Source: a candidate division FCPU426 bacterium
GTDB lineage: Bacteria; Oederibacteriota; PGYV01; Palsa-1178
Reading direction: 5' to 3'
Length of the DNA stretch: 64,000 bases
Assembly (NCBI GenBank): GCA_963840035.1
Contig: CAWIXE010000002.1
Span: 1,280,001 to 1,344,000, forward strand
Made by a program: the position numbers and the translations under genes. Below the pieces are notes generated by a model that was not told the DNA's origin, searched no databases, and saw only the letters and a program-made list of their open reading frames with translations. Of the stretch, positions 38,063 through 47,775 are shown piece after piece (within the stretch, counting starts at the first letter, position 1; each line of letters begins with the position of its first letter).

Positions 38063-38192
38063 TGTTTTCGTAGGGGCGAGCCGGTGGCTCGCCCGGATTT
38101 AGACTTAGATCTAGAACTGGAACTGGATCTATTTCTATATCTGGATCCAGACCTAAAGCCGGGCGAGCCACCGGCTCGCCCCTACGAAAACA
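38063..38192. repeat. REPIN-like element: perfect 34-bp inverted GTAG REPs around a 62-nt hexamer-repeat spacer
   Basis: tgttttcgtaggggcgagccggtggctcgcccgg (38063-38096) and its exact reverse complement (38159-38192). Confidence 0.9.
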
Positions 38193-38219
38193 CAACGAAT
38201 CCAACACTTCAAAATATAG

Positions 38220-38245
38220 AAAAGCCCCCGTTTAAGGGGGCTTTT
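38220..38245. terminator. Intrinsic terminator-like hairpin
   Basis: aaaagccccc-gtttaa-gggggctttt. Confidence 0.65.
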
Positions 38246-38513
38246 CCGGGAAATAGCACAAAGAGCGTTCGCCCGCTCGTGTTGGCCGGGTTATCATATA
38301 TATCATAATTATCTGACAATCCTTTACCAATGGTTATGACAAGACATATTCTATTTAGTTGCTTTTAATAAGTGTGACGGAGGTCACAATTGCGGGAACT
38401 AAACTAAAAGTTAGAAGTTAAAAGCCAGAAGTAAATCGATAAACCAATAACTTCAAAACATTCGATTTTTTCTTTGAATTAGTATTCCTTCCGGATTATA
38501 ACTTCTTACTTGC

Positions 38514-39314
38514 TTATATACTTTTTATCTTATCAATCGGGGGTATTTTAGCTATACCCGCCTTAAACTCATAGGCTTTCAGGTACCTGACAAGGTTGTG
38601 TATGGCCAGGAAATAGCACAGCACAAATCCGGCTTTTCCGTCCAGAAACCCTTTACGGCCGATATAAAATTTAAAAAAAGTCATTACCGCGCGCGTATAT
38701 GCGGAGGCCACACCCACCCCCTTCATCTTCTTTGGATTTTCTGTTAAATCAACAGCGTCCGAAGTGGTGTAAGGGTTCATCTTCCTTAAAAATTGAAATA
38801 AATCAGGGTCAGTAAGGTGGTCAAAAGCGTTCTTTGATTTAATTGTTTTCCCCTGAAGGCTGACGGTGCAGTGTATATTCGCCGCGTTCCATTTGCCCTT
38901 TGACTTGCGGTAAAAACGCAGCTGGTAATCCGGGTGCCAGCAATGCATGGGTTTTCCCCAGAAATAATTCCAGCGCAGGACCCACATGCCCTCATATGAG
39001 GCGGTCATGGAGTCGTCTTCGAGGAAGTTAATAATCTCCTTTTTCAGCGGTTCTGTTACCCGCTCGTCAGCGTCAAAGGAAAAAACCCATTCATTTTTTG
39101 TCTTTTTAGAGAGCATTTCTTTTGACCTTGCGTGGCCCAAAAATGGTATTTTATATATTTTATTTGTGTATTTGCGGGCTATCTTTACCGTATTATCCGT
39201 GCTTCCCGTGTCGCCTATAACGATTTCATCCGCCCACGAAATGGATTTTAAGCATGCCTCTATGTTCTTTTCTTCATTAAGGGTGAGTATGAAAAAGGAT
39301 ACTTTTTTGCGCAC
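38514..39314 (-). CDS. Family 2 glycosyltransferase (WaaE/KdtX-like LPS core)
   Basis: ILTLNEEKNI, DTGSTDNT, WVFSFDADERV, PDYQLRFY, GFLDGKAG. Confidence 0.88.
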   Translation of the reverse strand: MRKKVSFFILTLNEEKNIEACLKSISWADEIVIGDTGSTDNTVKIARKYTNKIYKIPFLGHARSKEMLSKKTKNEWVFSFDADERVTEPLKKEIINFLEDDSMTASYEGMWVLRWNYFWGKPMHCWHPDYQLRFYRKSKGKWNAANIHCTVSLQGKTIKSKNAFDHLTDPDLFQFLRKMNPYTTSDAVDLTENPKKMKGVGVASAYTRAVMTFFKFYIGRKGFLDGKAGFVLCYFLAIHNLVRYLKAYEFKAGIAKIPPIDKIKSI

Positions 39315-39361
39315 AGGTCATCGCCTTTATCTTATTTTATGCCATTTCTTGAAGTTATTCA

Positions 39362-39524
39362 ATATTAAACAAATCACCCATAAAAGTCAAGGGAATTCCC
39401 TTTTATGCCCAAATTTGGCACTGTAGCGGGCGCATTATATGCACCCGACAGCGGCCTGTAATGCTACAGCGGTAAAATACTGATGAATTTTCCCCTTGTC
39501 CTTATTGGCCATATGTTTTATGAT
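39362..39524. promoter_or_regulatory. Divergent sigma70-type promoters
   Basis: Minus strand TTGACT-17-TAATAT (39362-39390); plus strand TTGTCC-17-TATGAT (39496-39524). Confidence 0.55.
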
Positions 39525-39550
39525 ATTTTCATGCTAAAAACTAACGGTTT

Positions 39551-39601
39551 CGGGACGCGCGGCTATGTCCCCGGCAAGTCGGGGAGAGCGCGTCCCCTAC
39601 A
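39551..39601 (-). repeat. GTAG REP of the 821 family with a second hairpin nested in its loop
   Basis: Reverse complement reads tgtaggggacgcgctc-tccccgacttgccgggga-catagcc-gcgcgtcccg. Confidence 0.7.
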
Positions 39602-39623
39602 ACGCATATTATAATGAGGTTGC

Positions 39624-41063
39624 ATGAAGACAAAACAATGGATTATTACGCTTATAGGGGGCTTGACGCTTTTCCGTCTCTTCTTTATTAACACATTCCC
39701 CCTTTTAGGGGACGAGGCCTATTACTGGCAGTGGGCGCGGCATCTGGATTTCGGTTATTACGAGCAGGGTCCCATGGTGGCCCTCGTAATTTTTATATGC
39801 ACCCTGTTTACCAAAATAAGCACTGTTTTTACTATACGCCTTGGGGCGGTCCTGCTTTCACTTGGCACGATGATCGTAATGTACTTTACTTACAAAAAAC
39901 TTAAGCCCGAAGATGAAAAATCCAACCTGCTCCACCTGGCCTTAATCAGCAGTTCCCTCCTATACGCTGTCGGCGCGGTGCTCATGATGCATGATACTGT
40001 AATGGTATTTTTCTACGCGCTTTTTCTTTATAATTTTACCAATATTTTAAAAGAACCTGAAAACAACATGCACTGGGGCCACGCCGGCATATTGCTCGGT
40101 CTTGCTATCATGAGCAAGTATACAGCCGGCGTCATATACTTCGGGATGGCCGCGTTCCTGATATTTACAGGTACCTTCCGCAAATATCTTAAGGGTTTTA
40201 TCTTCTTCACGCTTTTCACCCTGCTGTTTACAACCCCTGTCATATACTGGAATTTCACCCATGATTTTACCACTGTTAAGTATCTTATGATAAGAAGCGG
40301 CGTTAAAAGCGGATTTACCATTAAATATTTGCTTGAACTATTGGGGTCGCAGGCAGCCCTGTTATCCCCCATGCTTTTCATTGTATTCATATTTGCGTGT
40401 GTTTCAGCCTTAAAAAAACCGGCATTTGACGCCCGCTATGGTTTCACAACCCTGGCCTGGGTATCTCTGGCGCCTTTTGTCCTGCTCAGCCTTAAAGGCC
40501 GTGTAGAGGCCAACTGGCCGGCCTTCGCGTTCCTGCCCTTGTTTTACATTACCGCCGATTACATCTCATCGCTTAATCCGCCCCTCAAAAAGCGGGTAGT
40601 CTCATCCGTATTAATTACCGGTTTTGCCCTTGTAATCATTGCATTCGCGGCAGCGGCAAATTCATACAGCCTGCCTGAAAAAATCAACCCCTTAAGAAAA
40701 GCATACGGCTATAAAGAACTTGCCGAAAAAACTTATAAAATATATAATGAATACCGAGATAACGACAGGGTATTCCTCGCGGCAAGGCATTATCAGGCGG
40801 CCAGCCTGCTTAGTTTTTATACCCCGGGTCAGCCTGATTATTTTGTCTTAATACCCCATGAATCATCAAAAAATTACAGGTTCTGGAAGGGCTATGAAAA
40901 GTATAAAAACGGGAGCTGTATATTCGTATACAGCGATCCGTGGGAATCATCCGAGAACACGAAGTTCTTTAATAAGGCCTTAAAAACCGAGGAAGTAAAG
41001 ATTAAATTCGGCAATTACGGGATTAATACTTATAAGGTGGATGTTTTGGAAGGTTTGAAGTAG
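39624..41063 (+). CDS. ArnT-like (GT83/GT39) membrane glycosyltransferase
   Basis: DEAYYWQWARHLDFGYYEQGPMV, GLAIMSKYT, PVIYWN, EANW. Confidence 0.85.
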   Translation: MKTKQWIITLIGGLTLFRLFFINTFPLLGDEAYYWQWARHLDFGYYEQGPMVALVIFICTLFTKISTVFTIRLGAVLLSLGTMIVMYFTYKKLKPEDEKSNLLHLALISSSLLYAVGAVLMMHDTVMVFFYALFLYNFTNILKEPENNMHWGHAGILLGLAIMSKYTAGVIYFGMAAFLIFTGTFRKYLKGFIFFTLFTLLFTTPVIYWNFTHDFTTVKYLMIRSGVKSGFTIKYLLELLGSQAALLSPMLFIVFIFACVSALKKPAFDARYGFTTLAWVSLAPFVLLSLKGRVEANWPAFAFLPLFYITADYISSLNPPLKKRVVSSVLITGFALVIIAFAAAANSYSLPEKINPLRKAYGYKELAEKTYKIYNEYRDNDRVFLAARHYQAASLLSFYTPGQPDYFVLIPHESSKNYRFWKGYEKYKNGSCIFVYSDPWESSENTKFFNKALKTEEVKIKFGNYGINTYKVDVLEGLK

Positions 41064-41177
41064 CTAGAAACGTGGTGCGTGATACGTTTTATGTGCTAAG
41101 TGACGGAACTGTTGTTTTCCACATGTCACATATCACGTAACACTTAGCACCAAAGAAAACATTAAAAGGAAAAACCA

Positions 41178-42326
41178 ATGAAGATCTTAGACCGATACAT
41201 AATCAAAGAGGTGGCTTTCATTTCCCTGATAGGGTTCTTCATATTCACGTTTTTCCTTGTGATGAACTCCCTCTTTGTCATGAGCGACCTGGTTATAAAA
41301 TACGGCATAAACATCTTCAAGGTCTTAAAGCTGCTCCTACTCCTGCTTCCTTCCACTGTCGCGGTCACAGTCCCCATGGCTTTCCTGGTGGGTATCCTGC
41401 TTACCTATTCGCGCCTGGTCCAGGATAACGAGTATCACGGCATGCAGGCCTCGGGAATAAGCATAACCGCTATAACGCTTCCGTCTGTCTGGCTTGCAAT
41501 AATTGTAACAATTGGCATGATATTCTTTAATAATTACGTCCTCCCTTTTTCCAACCTCGAATACAAGAAACTCTATTATGATATAGTAAAAAAACGCTCG
41601 AGCATCATGCTGCAGGAGCATACTTTCATAAATGACTTTGACAACTATGTGTTTTACATAGGCGACAAGGACAACAAGAACGATACGTTAAAGAACGTCA
41701 TTGTCTTCGTCAAAAATGAAAATGACCCGAACCAGCCTGCCAAAGTGATACTTTCCCGCACCGGCGAATTTATTTCAGACGAGGCCAGCTACAGGCTGGC
41801 TTTAAAGCTTCAGGACGGCCTCATACAGCTGGGTTCCTATGCCGACCCGGGTAAGCTTGACCAGATTGACTTTAGGACCAATTATGTCGACCTGGATATC
41901 CGCGGCGTGCTCCGCGCCAGGGCAAATCCTGATGACATAAAAGGCACCCGCGAAATGACCGGCGAAGAACTGATAAAAGAGATAAAAAAGGGGGCCGAGA
42001 GCAGGCACGATAAGAACTGGGTTTTTATAGAACTCTATAAAAAGGTTTCTATCCCATTTGCCGTCATTGCCTTTGCCATAGCCGGGATCCCGCTGGGACT
42101 GATGACTAAAAGGGGCGGCAGGGTTACGGGAATCAGTTTCTCTCTGGTACTTATATTCATTTATTACATACTCCTTTCCACCGGCCAGAACTACGGCTAT
42201 AACGGCCAGATGAATTATTTCTGGTCAGTGTGGATGCCCAATGCCTTCTTAACCGGCATCGGGCTGGCGCTTTTCCTGTACATGATGATAAAGCCCCATT
42301 TAAAGAAAAAGGTGAAACTCAAATGA
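41178..42326 (+). CDS. lptF: LPS export permease LptF
   Basis: KILDRYIIKE, VPMAFLVGILL, DNE..GMQASGIS, IPFA, IYYIL, WMPN; paired with the next gene. Confidence 0.85.
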   Translation: MKILDRYIIKEVAFISLIGFFIFTFFLVMNSLFVMSDLVIKYGINIFKVLKLLLLLLPSTVAVTVPMAFLVGILLTYSRLVQDNEYHGMQASGISITAITLPSVWLAIIVTIGMIFFNNYVLPFSNLEYKKLYYDIVKKRSSIMLQEHTFINDFDNYVFYIGDKDNKNDTLKNVIVFVKNENDPNQPAKVILSRTGEFISDEASYRLALKLQDGLIQLGSYADPGKLDQIDFRTNYVDLDIRGVLRARANPDDIKGTREMTGEELIKEIKKGAESRHDKNWVFIELYKKVSIPFAVIAFAIAGIPLGLMTKRGGRVTGISFSLVLIFIYYILLSTGQNYGYNGQMNYFWSVWMPNAFLTGIGLALFLYMMIKPHLKKKVKLK

Positions 42327-43432
42327 AGCTAAAAATTATATACCGCTACATAGTGGCTGAGATACTTAAGATATTTTTCGTTATAATGTGCGGCATTATG
42401 CTTTTTATCATGATATCAAACCTTATTGACGAAATACCGTCCATGCTGCGCTTCAAACCGTCCTTTATCCACCTCTTTAATTATTTTCTTTACAAGATGC
42501 CGTTTTTAGCGGCGGAATCGGCACCTTTTGCCATTCTGTTATCCATCCTGTATGTGTTTTCGCAGTTCAACAGGTATGGCGAATTAAACGCAATGAAATC
42601 CGCGGGAATTGATTTTTATTCGATTGTAAAACCCGTACTTGCCCTTTCTCTGGTAATCAGCGTTTCCGCCATGGCCTTAAACGAGACTGTCGTATCGCGG
42701 GCATCCGAAAAAGCCACTTATATTAAGGAAGTGCTTATAGAAAAAAGAAGCGGAGTGCCCACAGGCGAAGTCAGGATGGACCTTGCCAAACTCGCCTCAG
42801 GAGGCAGGGTGTTTTACATAAGGGTTTTTGACGGCCTTCTTGGCACCATGAAAGGCGTTTGTGTGCTCACCCTTGATAAAAACTTCAACCTTCTTGAACG
42901 GCTTGACGCCAAAGAAGGCAACTGGAAGGATAATAAATGGGTTTTAAAAGACATAACAGTCCGCACCTTCGCTGCGGGAATGGCAAAAGAGCAGAAACAG
43001 CTCAAGGAATTCATCCTCGACACCAAGGACACTCCGGCTGATTTTACGGTAAGAAAAAAATCCGCCGACGATATTTTGACCGTAAACATTGTCCGCCTGA
43101 ACAAGCTGATACGGCTTTTAAAAGACAGCGGTTTTGATTATAAGGAAGAGGAAACAAATCTGCATTTAAAGATAGCCTTCCCCTTTGCCAGCTTCATACT
43201 TGCGCTTTTAGGCGTGTCTTTGCCATTTCTTTTCACAACCACCAGGTCGCTTGTAAACGCGGCGCTTGGCTTCCTCTCAACCGTAGTCGTTTCTTTCTTC
43301 TATATGGGGTTCGTCACCATAGGCCTCTCCCTGGGAAAAGTTGGAGTTATGCCGCCAATGCTTGCCGCATGGGCCGCAAACATCATATTCGCGGCTGTCG
43401 GCTTTGCGATATTGTGGAAGATACGGAGATAA
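42323..43432 (+). CDS. lptG: LPS export permease LptG
   Basis: IIYRYIVAE, GELNAMKSAG, KIAFPF, MPPMLAAWAANI; ATGA overlap with lptF. Confidence 0.85.
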   Translation: MKLKIIYRYIVAEILKIFFVIMCGIMLFIMISNLIDEIPSMLRFKPSFIHLFNYFLYKMPFLAAESAPFAILLSILYVFSQFNRYGELNAMKSAGIDFYSIVKPVLALSLVISVSAMALNETVVSRASEKATYIKEVLIEKRSGVPTGEVRMDLAKLASGGRVFYIRVFDGLLGTMKGVCVLTLDKNFNLLERLDAKEGNWKDNKWVLKDITVRTFAAGMAKEQKQLKEFILDTKDTPADFTVRKKSADDILTVNIVRLNKLIRLLKDSGFDYKEEETNLHLKIAFPFASFILALLGVSLPFLFTTTRSLVNAALGFLSTVVVSFFYMGFVTIGLSLGKVGVMPPMLAAWAANIIFAAVGFAILWKIRR

Positions 43433-43436
43433 GACC

Positions 43437-43527
43437 AATTTTCTATTTTCAATTTTGAATTTTCAATTAAAACCAGCAGGACACACTATTTGCACAATTA
43501 AAAATTGAAAATCTAAAATTGAAAATC
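43437..43527. repeat. Inverted heptamer arrays (ATTTTCA / TGAAAAT family). Same family at 16708-16742, 24251-24285, 46274-46361, 56091-56204, 57466-57571
   Basis: aattttc tattttc aattttg aattttc aatt ... aattaaa aattgaa aatctaa aattgaa aat. Confidence 0.8.
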
Positions 43528-44743
43528 ATCTTTTCTTAAGGTAACTCATCGGGTTTACAGGCGTGCCTTTCTTTCTTAATTCAAAATACAGTTCATCCCC
43601 GTAGAACGACTCGGTATCGCCAACTTTTCCTATCTGCTGCCTTATGGCCACTTTCTGGCCCTTGTTAACATCAATGTCGGATAAGTGGCCGTAAATTGAA
43701 AAATAGCCGCCGCCATGATAAACGATAACCATTTTTCCGTAACCCTCGAACCAATCGGCGTATTTTATTATTCCGCCGAATATCGAATATACCGGAGCCG
43801 CGTATTTTTCCTTTATATGTATGCCCCGGTTCTCCACAATCGTTTTAAACTGGGGGTGCTTGTATTTTCCGAAACCCGCCAGGATATATCCGGCGTCTAC
43901 AGGCCACGGGAACCTGCCCCTGCTGGATTCAAACGCCCTGGCCGCGTCCTTGTCGGAGAGCTCCGCGGTGGCCTCCATGCCGTCGATGAACTTTGTCAGC
44001 TTCCTGGCGTTGGTTTCAAGTTCCGAGAGCATGCGGCTTCTTTGCTTTATATTTGATTTTATGGATTTTAAAAGGGTGTTCTTCTCGCGTTTCTCGTTAT
44101 TGTACCTTTTCCACTCGCTTTCCTTCTCCTGCTTTACGCTTACCAGCTCGCCTTTATAGTCATCAAGGGCCTGCCTGTCCTCGGATAATTTTTCAATCAG
44201 GCGCCTGTATTGTTCTATCTGCTCCGCGTTCTTGCCGCTTAATATCTTGACAAACTTATACCTTCTGACAAAATCGGAAATATTGCCGGAATTCAGGAGA
44301 AATTTCAGGTACATAGTATCCTTGCGCTCGTACTGCTTGCGCAGGATATTCATGACAGCCTGCCTTTTCTCCTCCTTGAGTTTTTCCGCTTCGGCAATCC
44401 TGGAGTTTAAATCCTTCATGCCGGACTCAAGCACGCTGATATTATTGTTGAAAACATTGAGTTCCTTGCGGGTTATATCTATGGCCCTGTCAAGTTTTTG
44501 GATGTTTTTAGAAGTGACTTTTTCCTTATATTTTTCTTTGACCAGCGTTTCCCTCTGCTTTTTAATCTGATCCCTTATTGAACTCAGCTCTTTTTTTGTC
44601 TTGTCCAGATGTTCCCTGTAATCCCGTATTTCCTCTTTTATCACAGGATCCGCGGCTAATAATAATGACGGTACAACGATCAGGGTGAGGATGAGGAAAA
44701 TGAAATACCTGCGGTAATCATGCCTGCTGGCGTGATCGCCCAT
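43526..44743 (-). CDS. envC: EnvC-like coiled-coil + M23 domain protein
   Basis: Long coiled coil, FPWPV, NRGI, YADWFEGYGKMVIVYH, SIYGHL, LYFELR; TGATG-coupled to ftsX. Confidence 0.85.
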   Translation of the reverse strand: MGDHASRHDYRRYFIFLILTLIVVPSLLLAADPVIKEEIRDYREHLDKTKKELSSIRDQIKKQRETLVKEKYKEKVTSKNIQKLDRAIDITRKELNVFNNNISVLESGMKDLNSRIAEAEKLKEEKRQAVMNILRKQYERKDTMYLKFLLNSGNISDFVRRYKFVKILSGKNAEQIEQYRRLIEKLSEDRQALDDYKGELVSVKQEKESEWKRYNNEKREKNTLLKSIKSNIKQRSRMLSELETNARKLTKFIDGMEATAELSDKDAARAFESSRGRFPWPVDAGYILAGFGKYKHPQFKTIVENRGIHIKEKYAAPVYSIFGGIIKYADWFEGYGKMVIVYHGGGYFSIYGHLSDIDVNKGQKVAIRQQIGKVGDTESFYGDELYFELRKKGTPVNPMSYLKKR

Positions 44744-45621
44744 CAGCGGAACAGCCTGCCCTGCGAGAGTATGGCTCCTGTGAACCCGAGGCCGGTGCCG
44801 GCAAGTACCAGGTACGACATGAACCTTATATTGAAATATTCGGGTGAAAACAGGTAAAATGACGCGAGGTCTATTCCTGTCTGTTTCCTTATCTCGGTGA
44901 TTAGTATCGTAATGACCGCGTACATAAGCCCCCATCCTATCAATCCGCCCACAAGGCCGTGCACGATGCCTTCCACAATAAACGGCATCCTGATGAATGA
45001 CTGCGAGGCCCCGACCATTTTAAAAACGTATATATCCTGCCTGCGCGCGTATATGGTAAGCTTTATTATATTTGATACCACAAGAAGCGCGGATATAAGA
45101 AACACTATGCCCGCGACGCCCATGATAATCTTAACCACATTCATGATATTTATCAGGTTCTCAATCTCCCCGCCGCCGTATTGTATCTCTTCAACGCCTT
45201 CCTTCGCGTCAAAGAATCTGACTATCCTGTTTATGTTGTCCTTGGTAAATTCCTTAAGTTTCACAACTACAGAATCAGGCAGGGGATTTCCTTCAAAACC
45301 TTTCATTATCTGCTGCATGTCGGCGTCCTGCATGAATTCCTGATATGCCTGGTCCTTGGAGACAAAAGCGGCAGTCTCTACGCCCTGCATTGCCTTCGCG
45401 TCATTGATGATCGTATCCACCGTAGCCGCGTCGAGGTTTTCCTTAAGGAATACAACTATCTCAACTTTCTGCTGTATTTTTGCAATCGTATAATTAAGCC
45501 CTTCGTTGACAATAAAATACCCGCCCAGGGTCACAACGGCCAGGATTATAGTGCCTATGGATATAAGGCTCATAAAGCCGCTTCTTTTGAAGTTAAGGAA
45601 GACTTCTTTAAACAACCGCAT
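44743..45621 (-). CDS. ftsX: Cell division permease FtsX
   Basis: VEIVVFL, NPLPDS, NIIKLTIYARR, MVGASQSFIRMPFIVEG. Confidence 0.92.
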   Translation of the reverse strand: MRLFKEVFLNFKRSGFMSLISIGTIILAVVTLGGYFIVNEGLNYTIAKIQQKVEIVVFLKENLDAATVDTIINDAKAMQGVETAAFVSKDQAYQEFMQDADMQQIMKGFEGNPLPDSVVVKLKEFTKDNINRIVRFFDAKEGVEEIQYGGGEIENLINIMNVVKIIMGVAGIVFLISALLVVSNIIKLTIYARRQDIYVFKMVGASQSFIRMPFIVEGIVHGLVGGLIGWGLMYAVITILITEIRKQTGIDLASFYLFSPEYFNIRFMSYLVLAGTGLGFTGAILSQGRLFR

Positions 45622-46273
45622 CAGAAGCCACCCTTCCCTTCTCAAGCCTGATCACGCGCTTTGCCATCTTTGCCACAATTTCCTTGTTATGTGAAGCCAT
45701 GATAACAGTGGTGCCTCTCTTATTGAGGTCCTCAAATGTATTCATTATCTGCCAGGAGCTTTCATCATCAAGGTTGCCGGTGGGTTCATCAGCCAGTATG
45801 ACCGGAGGGTTTAATATCATTGCGCGGGCTATTGCAACCTTTTGTTTTTCACCGCCGGATAAATGCCAAGGGTTCAATTTTGCCCTGTCTTCAAGGCCGA
45901 TCTTTTTGAGGCTTTCGGCAACGGCACGTTTTACGTATTCGTCGGAGGCCCCGCTTATGACAAGCGGCAGCCCGACATTCTCGGCTATGGTCCTGTCAAA
46001 AAGGAGCTTAAAATCCTGGAACACGAACCCGATCCTGCGGCGGTAATATGGTATTTTCCCCGATGACAGATGGGCCACATCGGTATTGTCAACGAGTATG
46101 GACCCCATGTCGCAGGTGTCTTCGCGGTATAAAAGGTTAAATAAAGTGGTTTTGCCCGCGCCCGAAGGGCCGGTTATGAATACGAACTCGCCTTTTTCCA
46201 CGGTAAAGGATACGTCTTCCAGCGCCTTAATATCCCTCTCGTAGACTTTGTAAACGTGGTTGAATTTTATCAT
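45608..46273 (-). CDS. ftsE: Cell division ATPase FtsE
   Basis: GPSGAGKTT, IPYYRRRIGFVFQDFKLL, LSGGEKQ, LADEPTGNLD; next to ftsX. Confidence 0.93.
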   Translation of the reverse strand: MIKFNHVYKVYERDIKALEDVSFTVEKGEFVFITGPSGAGKTTLFNLLYREDTCDMGSILVDNTDVAHLSSGKIPYYRRRIGFVFQDFKLLFDRTIAENVGLPLVISGASDEYVKRAVAESLKKIGLEDRAKLNPWHLSGGEKQKVAIARAMILNPPVILADEPTGNLDDESSWQIMNTFEDLNKRGTTVIMASHNKEIVAKMAKRVIRLEKGRVASDAVV

Positions 46274-46358
46274 AAATTCGGATTTTCAATTTTAAATTTT
46301 CCATTTTCAATTTAAAGCGACTGTTGTTAATTGAAAATTCATAATCGAAAATTTAAAA

Positions 46359-47765
46359 TTAAAGCTCAACCTCCTCACCCGGTGCAGGGTTTGATACGTT
46401 CTTTAAGCCTATATGCGCTAAGGCGGCCATCAATTCCTCCTGCTGTCCTTCTTCGCCGTGGACCAGGAATACCTTTTTAAGCCTGCCTTCGCTCATGACA
46501 TCGGTGGCTTTTATGAATTTCATGAGTTCCTTCTGGCCTGCATGGCCGGAGAACTCATTTATGATCTTTACCTGGGCGTTAACAGCGTATGAATCGCCGA
46601 ATATCTTTATCTGCTTGTCGCCTTCCATTATCCTTCTTCCAAGGGTATTTACAGTCTGATAACCTACAATCAGCACCGTACAGCGCGGGTCGCCTATGTG
46701 GTTTTTCAGGTGGTGAAGGATCCTGCCCGCTTCGCACATTCCCTGTGCTGAGAGTATAATGCATGGTTTTTCATAATTATTTATAGCCTTGGATTCGTCG
46801 ACCGATTCCGTAAACCTCACAAGTTCAAGGTGAAACGGGTCATTGTTGTCTGCGATAAATTCAAGCATGGCGCTGTCAAAACATTCGGAATGGTTCTTAA
46901 AAACCTCGGTAACGTTGGTTGTCAGCGGCGAATCGACGAATACGGGCATGGGAGGTATTTTTTTATCGACGAAAAGCTTGTTCAGGACATAAAGGACTTC
47001 CTGCGCGCGCTCAACCGCGAATACCGGGATAATTATCTTACCACCCCTGTTATATGTCTCATTTACGACATTCGCCAGTTTTTGGTATGCCGCGCCCACC
47101 GGCTTATGGTCCCTGCCTCCGTATGTTGACTCCACTACCAGGTAATCGACATCCTTTATCTGGTCCGGATCGGTCAGTATCGGCAAACTCTTCCTGCCAA
47201 GGTCCCCGGTAAAACCTATCTTTATTTCACGGTCTTTATCCATCACCTTAACTATAACCATTGTCGAACCGAGTATGTGCCCGGCATTGATAAACCACAT
47301 ATCCATATCTTCCCTAAGCTGTATGTTCTCACCGAGATTTTTGGGGACAAACTGTTTTAAGGAGTCTTCAGCCTGCTCCACAGTATACAGAGGCTCAAAA
47401 AGTTTTTTGCCCTGCTTGAGCCTTTTTTTATTTACGTACTCAAGGTCCTTTAACTGGACAAAAGCCGAATCCGGGAGCATGAGCTTGCACAAATCCCTCG
47501 TGGCGTATGATGAGTATATAGAGCCTTTATAACCCTGTGCCGTGAGCGTGGGTATATTTCCGCTGTGGTCAATGTGCGCGTGCGTTAAGGCCACAGCGTT
47601 AATCTCAAGAGGATTGAGCGGAAAATGGCGGTTTCTCTCGTATGACTCTTTCCTTTTTCCCTGTATCATGCCGCAGTCAACAAGCAGCCTGAAACCGTCC
47701 TTTTCCAGGACATGCATTGATCCGGTGACTTCCCTTGCCGCGCCTAAAAACCTCAGTTTAACCAA
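46359..47765 (-). CDS. MBL-fold beta-CASP ribonuclease (YSH1-like)
   Basis: GAAREVTGS, THAHIDHSG, AGHILGS, FTGDLG, ESTYG, GMCEAGRILHHL, FSGHA, LVHGE. Confidence 0.92.
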   Translation of the reverse strand: MVKLRFLGAAREVTGSMHVLEKDGFRLLVDCGMIQGKRKESYERNRHFPLNPLEINAVALTHAHIDHSGNIPTLTAQGYKGSIYSSYATRDLCKLMLPDSAFVQLKDLEYVNKKRLKQGKKLFEPLYTVEQAEDSLKQFVPKNLGENIQLREDMDMWFINAGHILGSTMVIVKVMDKDREIKIGFTGDLGRKSLPILTDPDQIKDVDYLVVESTYGGRDHKPVGAAYQKLANVVNETYNRGGKIIIPVFAVERAQEVLYVLNKLFVDKKIPPMPVFVDSPLTTNVTEVFKNHSECFDSAMLEFIADNNDPFHLELVRFTESVDESKAINNYEKPCIILSAQGMCEAGRILHHLKNHIGDPRCTVLIVGYQTVNTLGRRIMEGDKQIKIFGDSYAVNAQVKIINEFSGHAGQKELMKFIKATDVMSEGRLKKVFLVHGEEGQQEELMAALAHIGLKNVSNPAPGEEVEL

Positions 47766-47775
47766 GAAATCACCC

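Noticed and set aside
37962..38308. Mirror ORFs 37962..38207(-) and 38057..38308(+), both containing CFRRGEPVARP
   Set aside because: Artefacts of translating the inverted repeat and its hexamer spacer.
44681..44705. Hexamer-like run encoding the EnvC signal segment (FIFLILTL), similar to the array at 21025-21113
   Set aside because: Too short and explainable by hydrophobic codon composition.
44744..44935. Long N-terminal extensions given by the ORF track (envC, lptG, exbD copy 1, Zn-ribbon, PorV-like, GlpA-like)
   Set aside because: They overlap upstream genes or repeats; downstream starts have an RBS or stop/start coupling.
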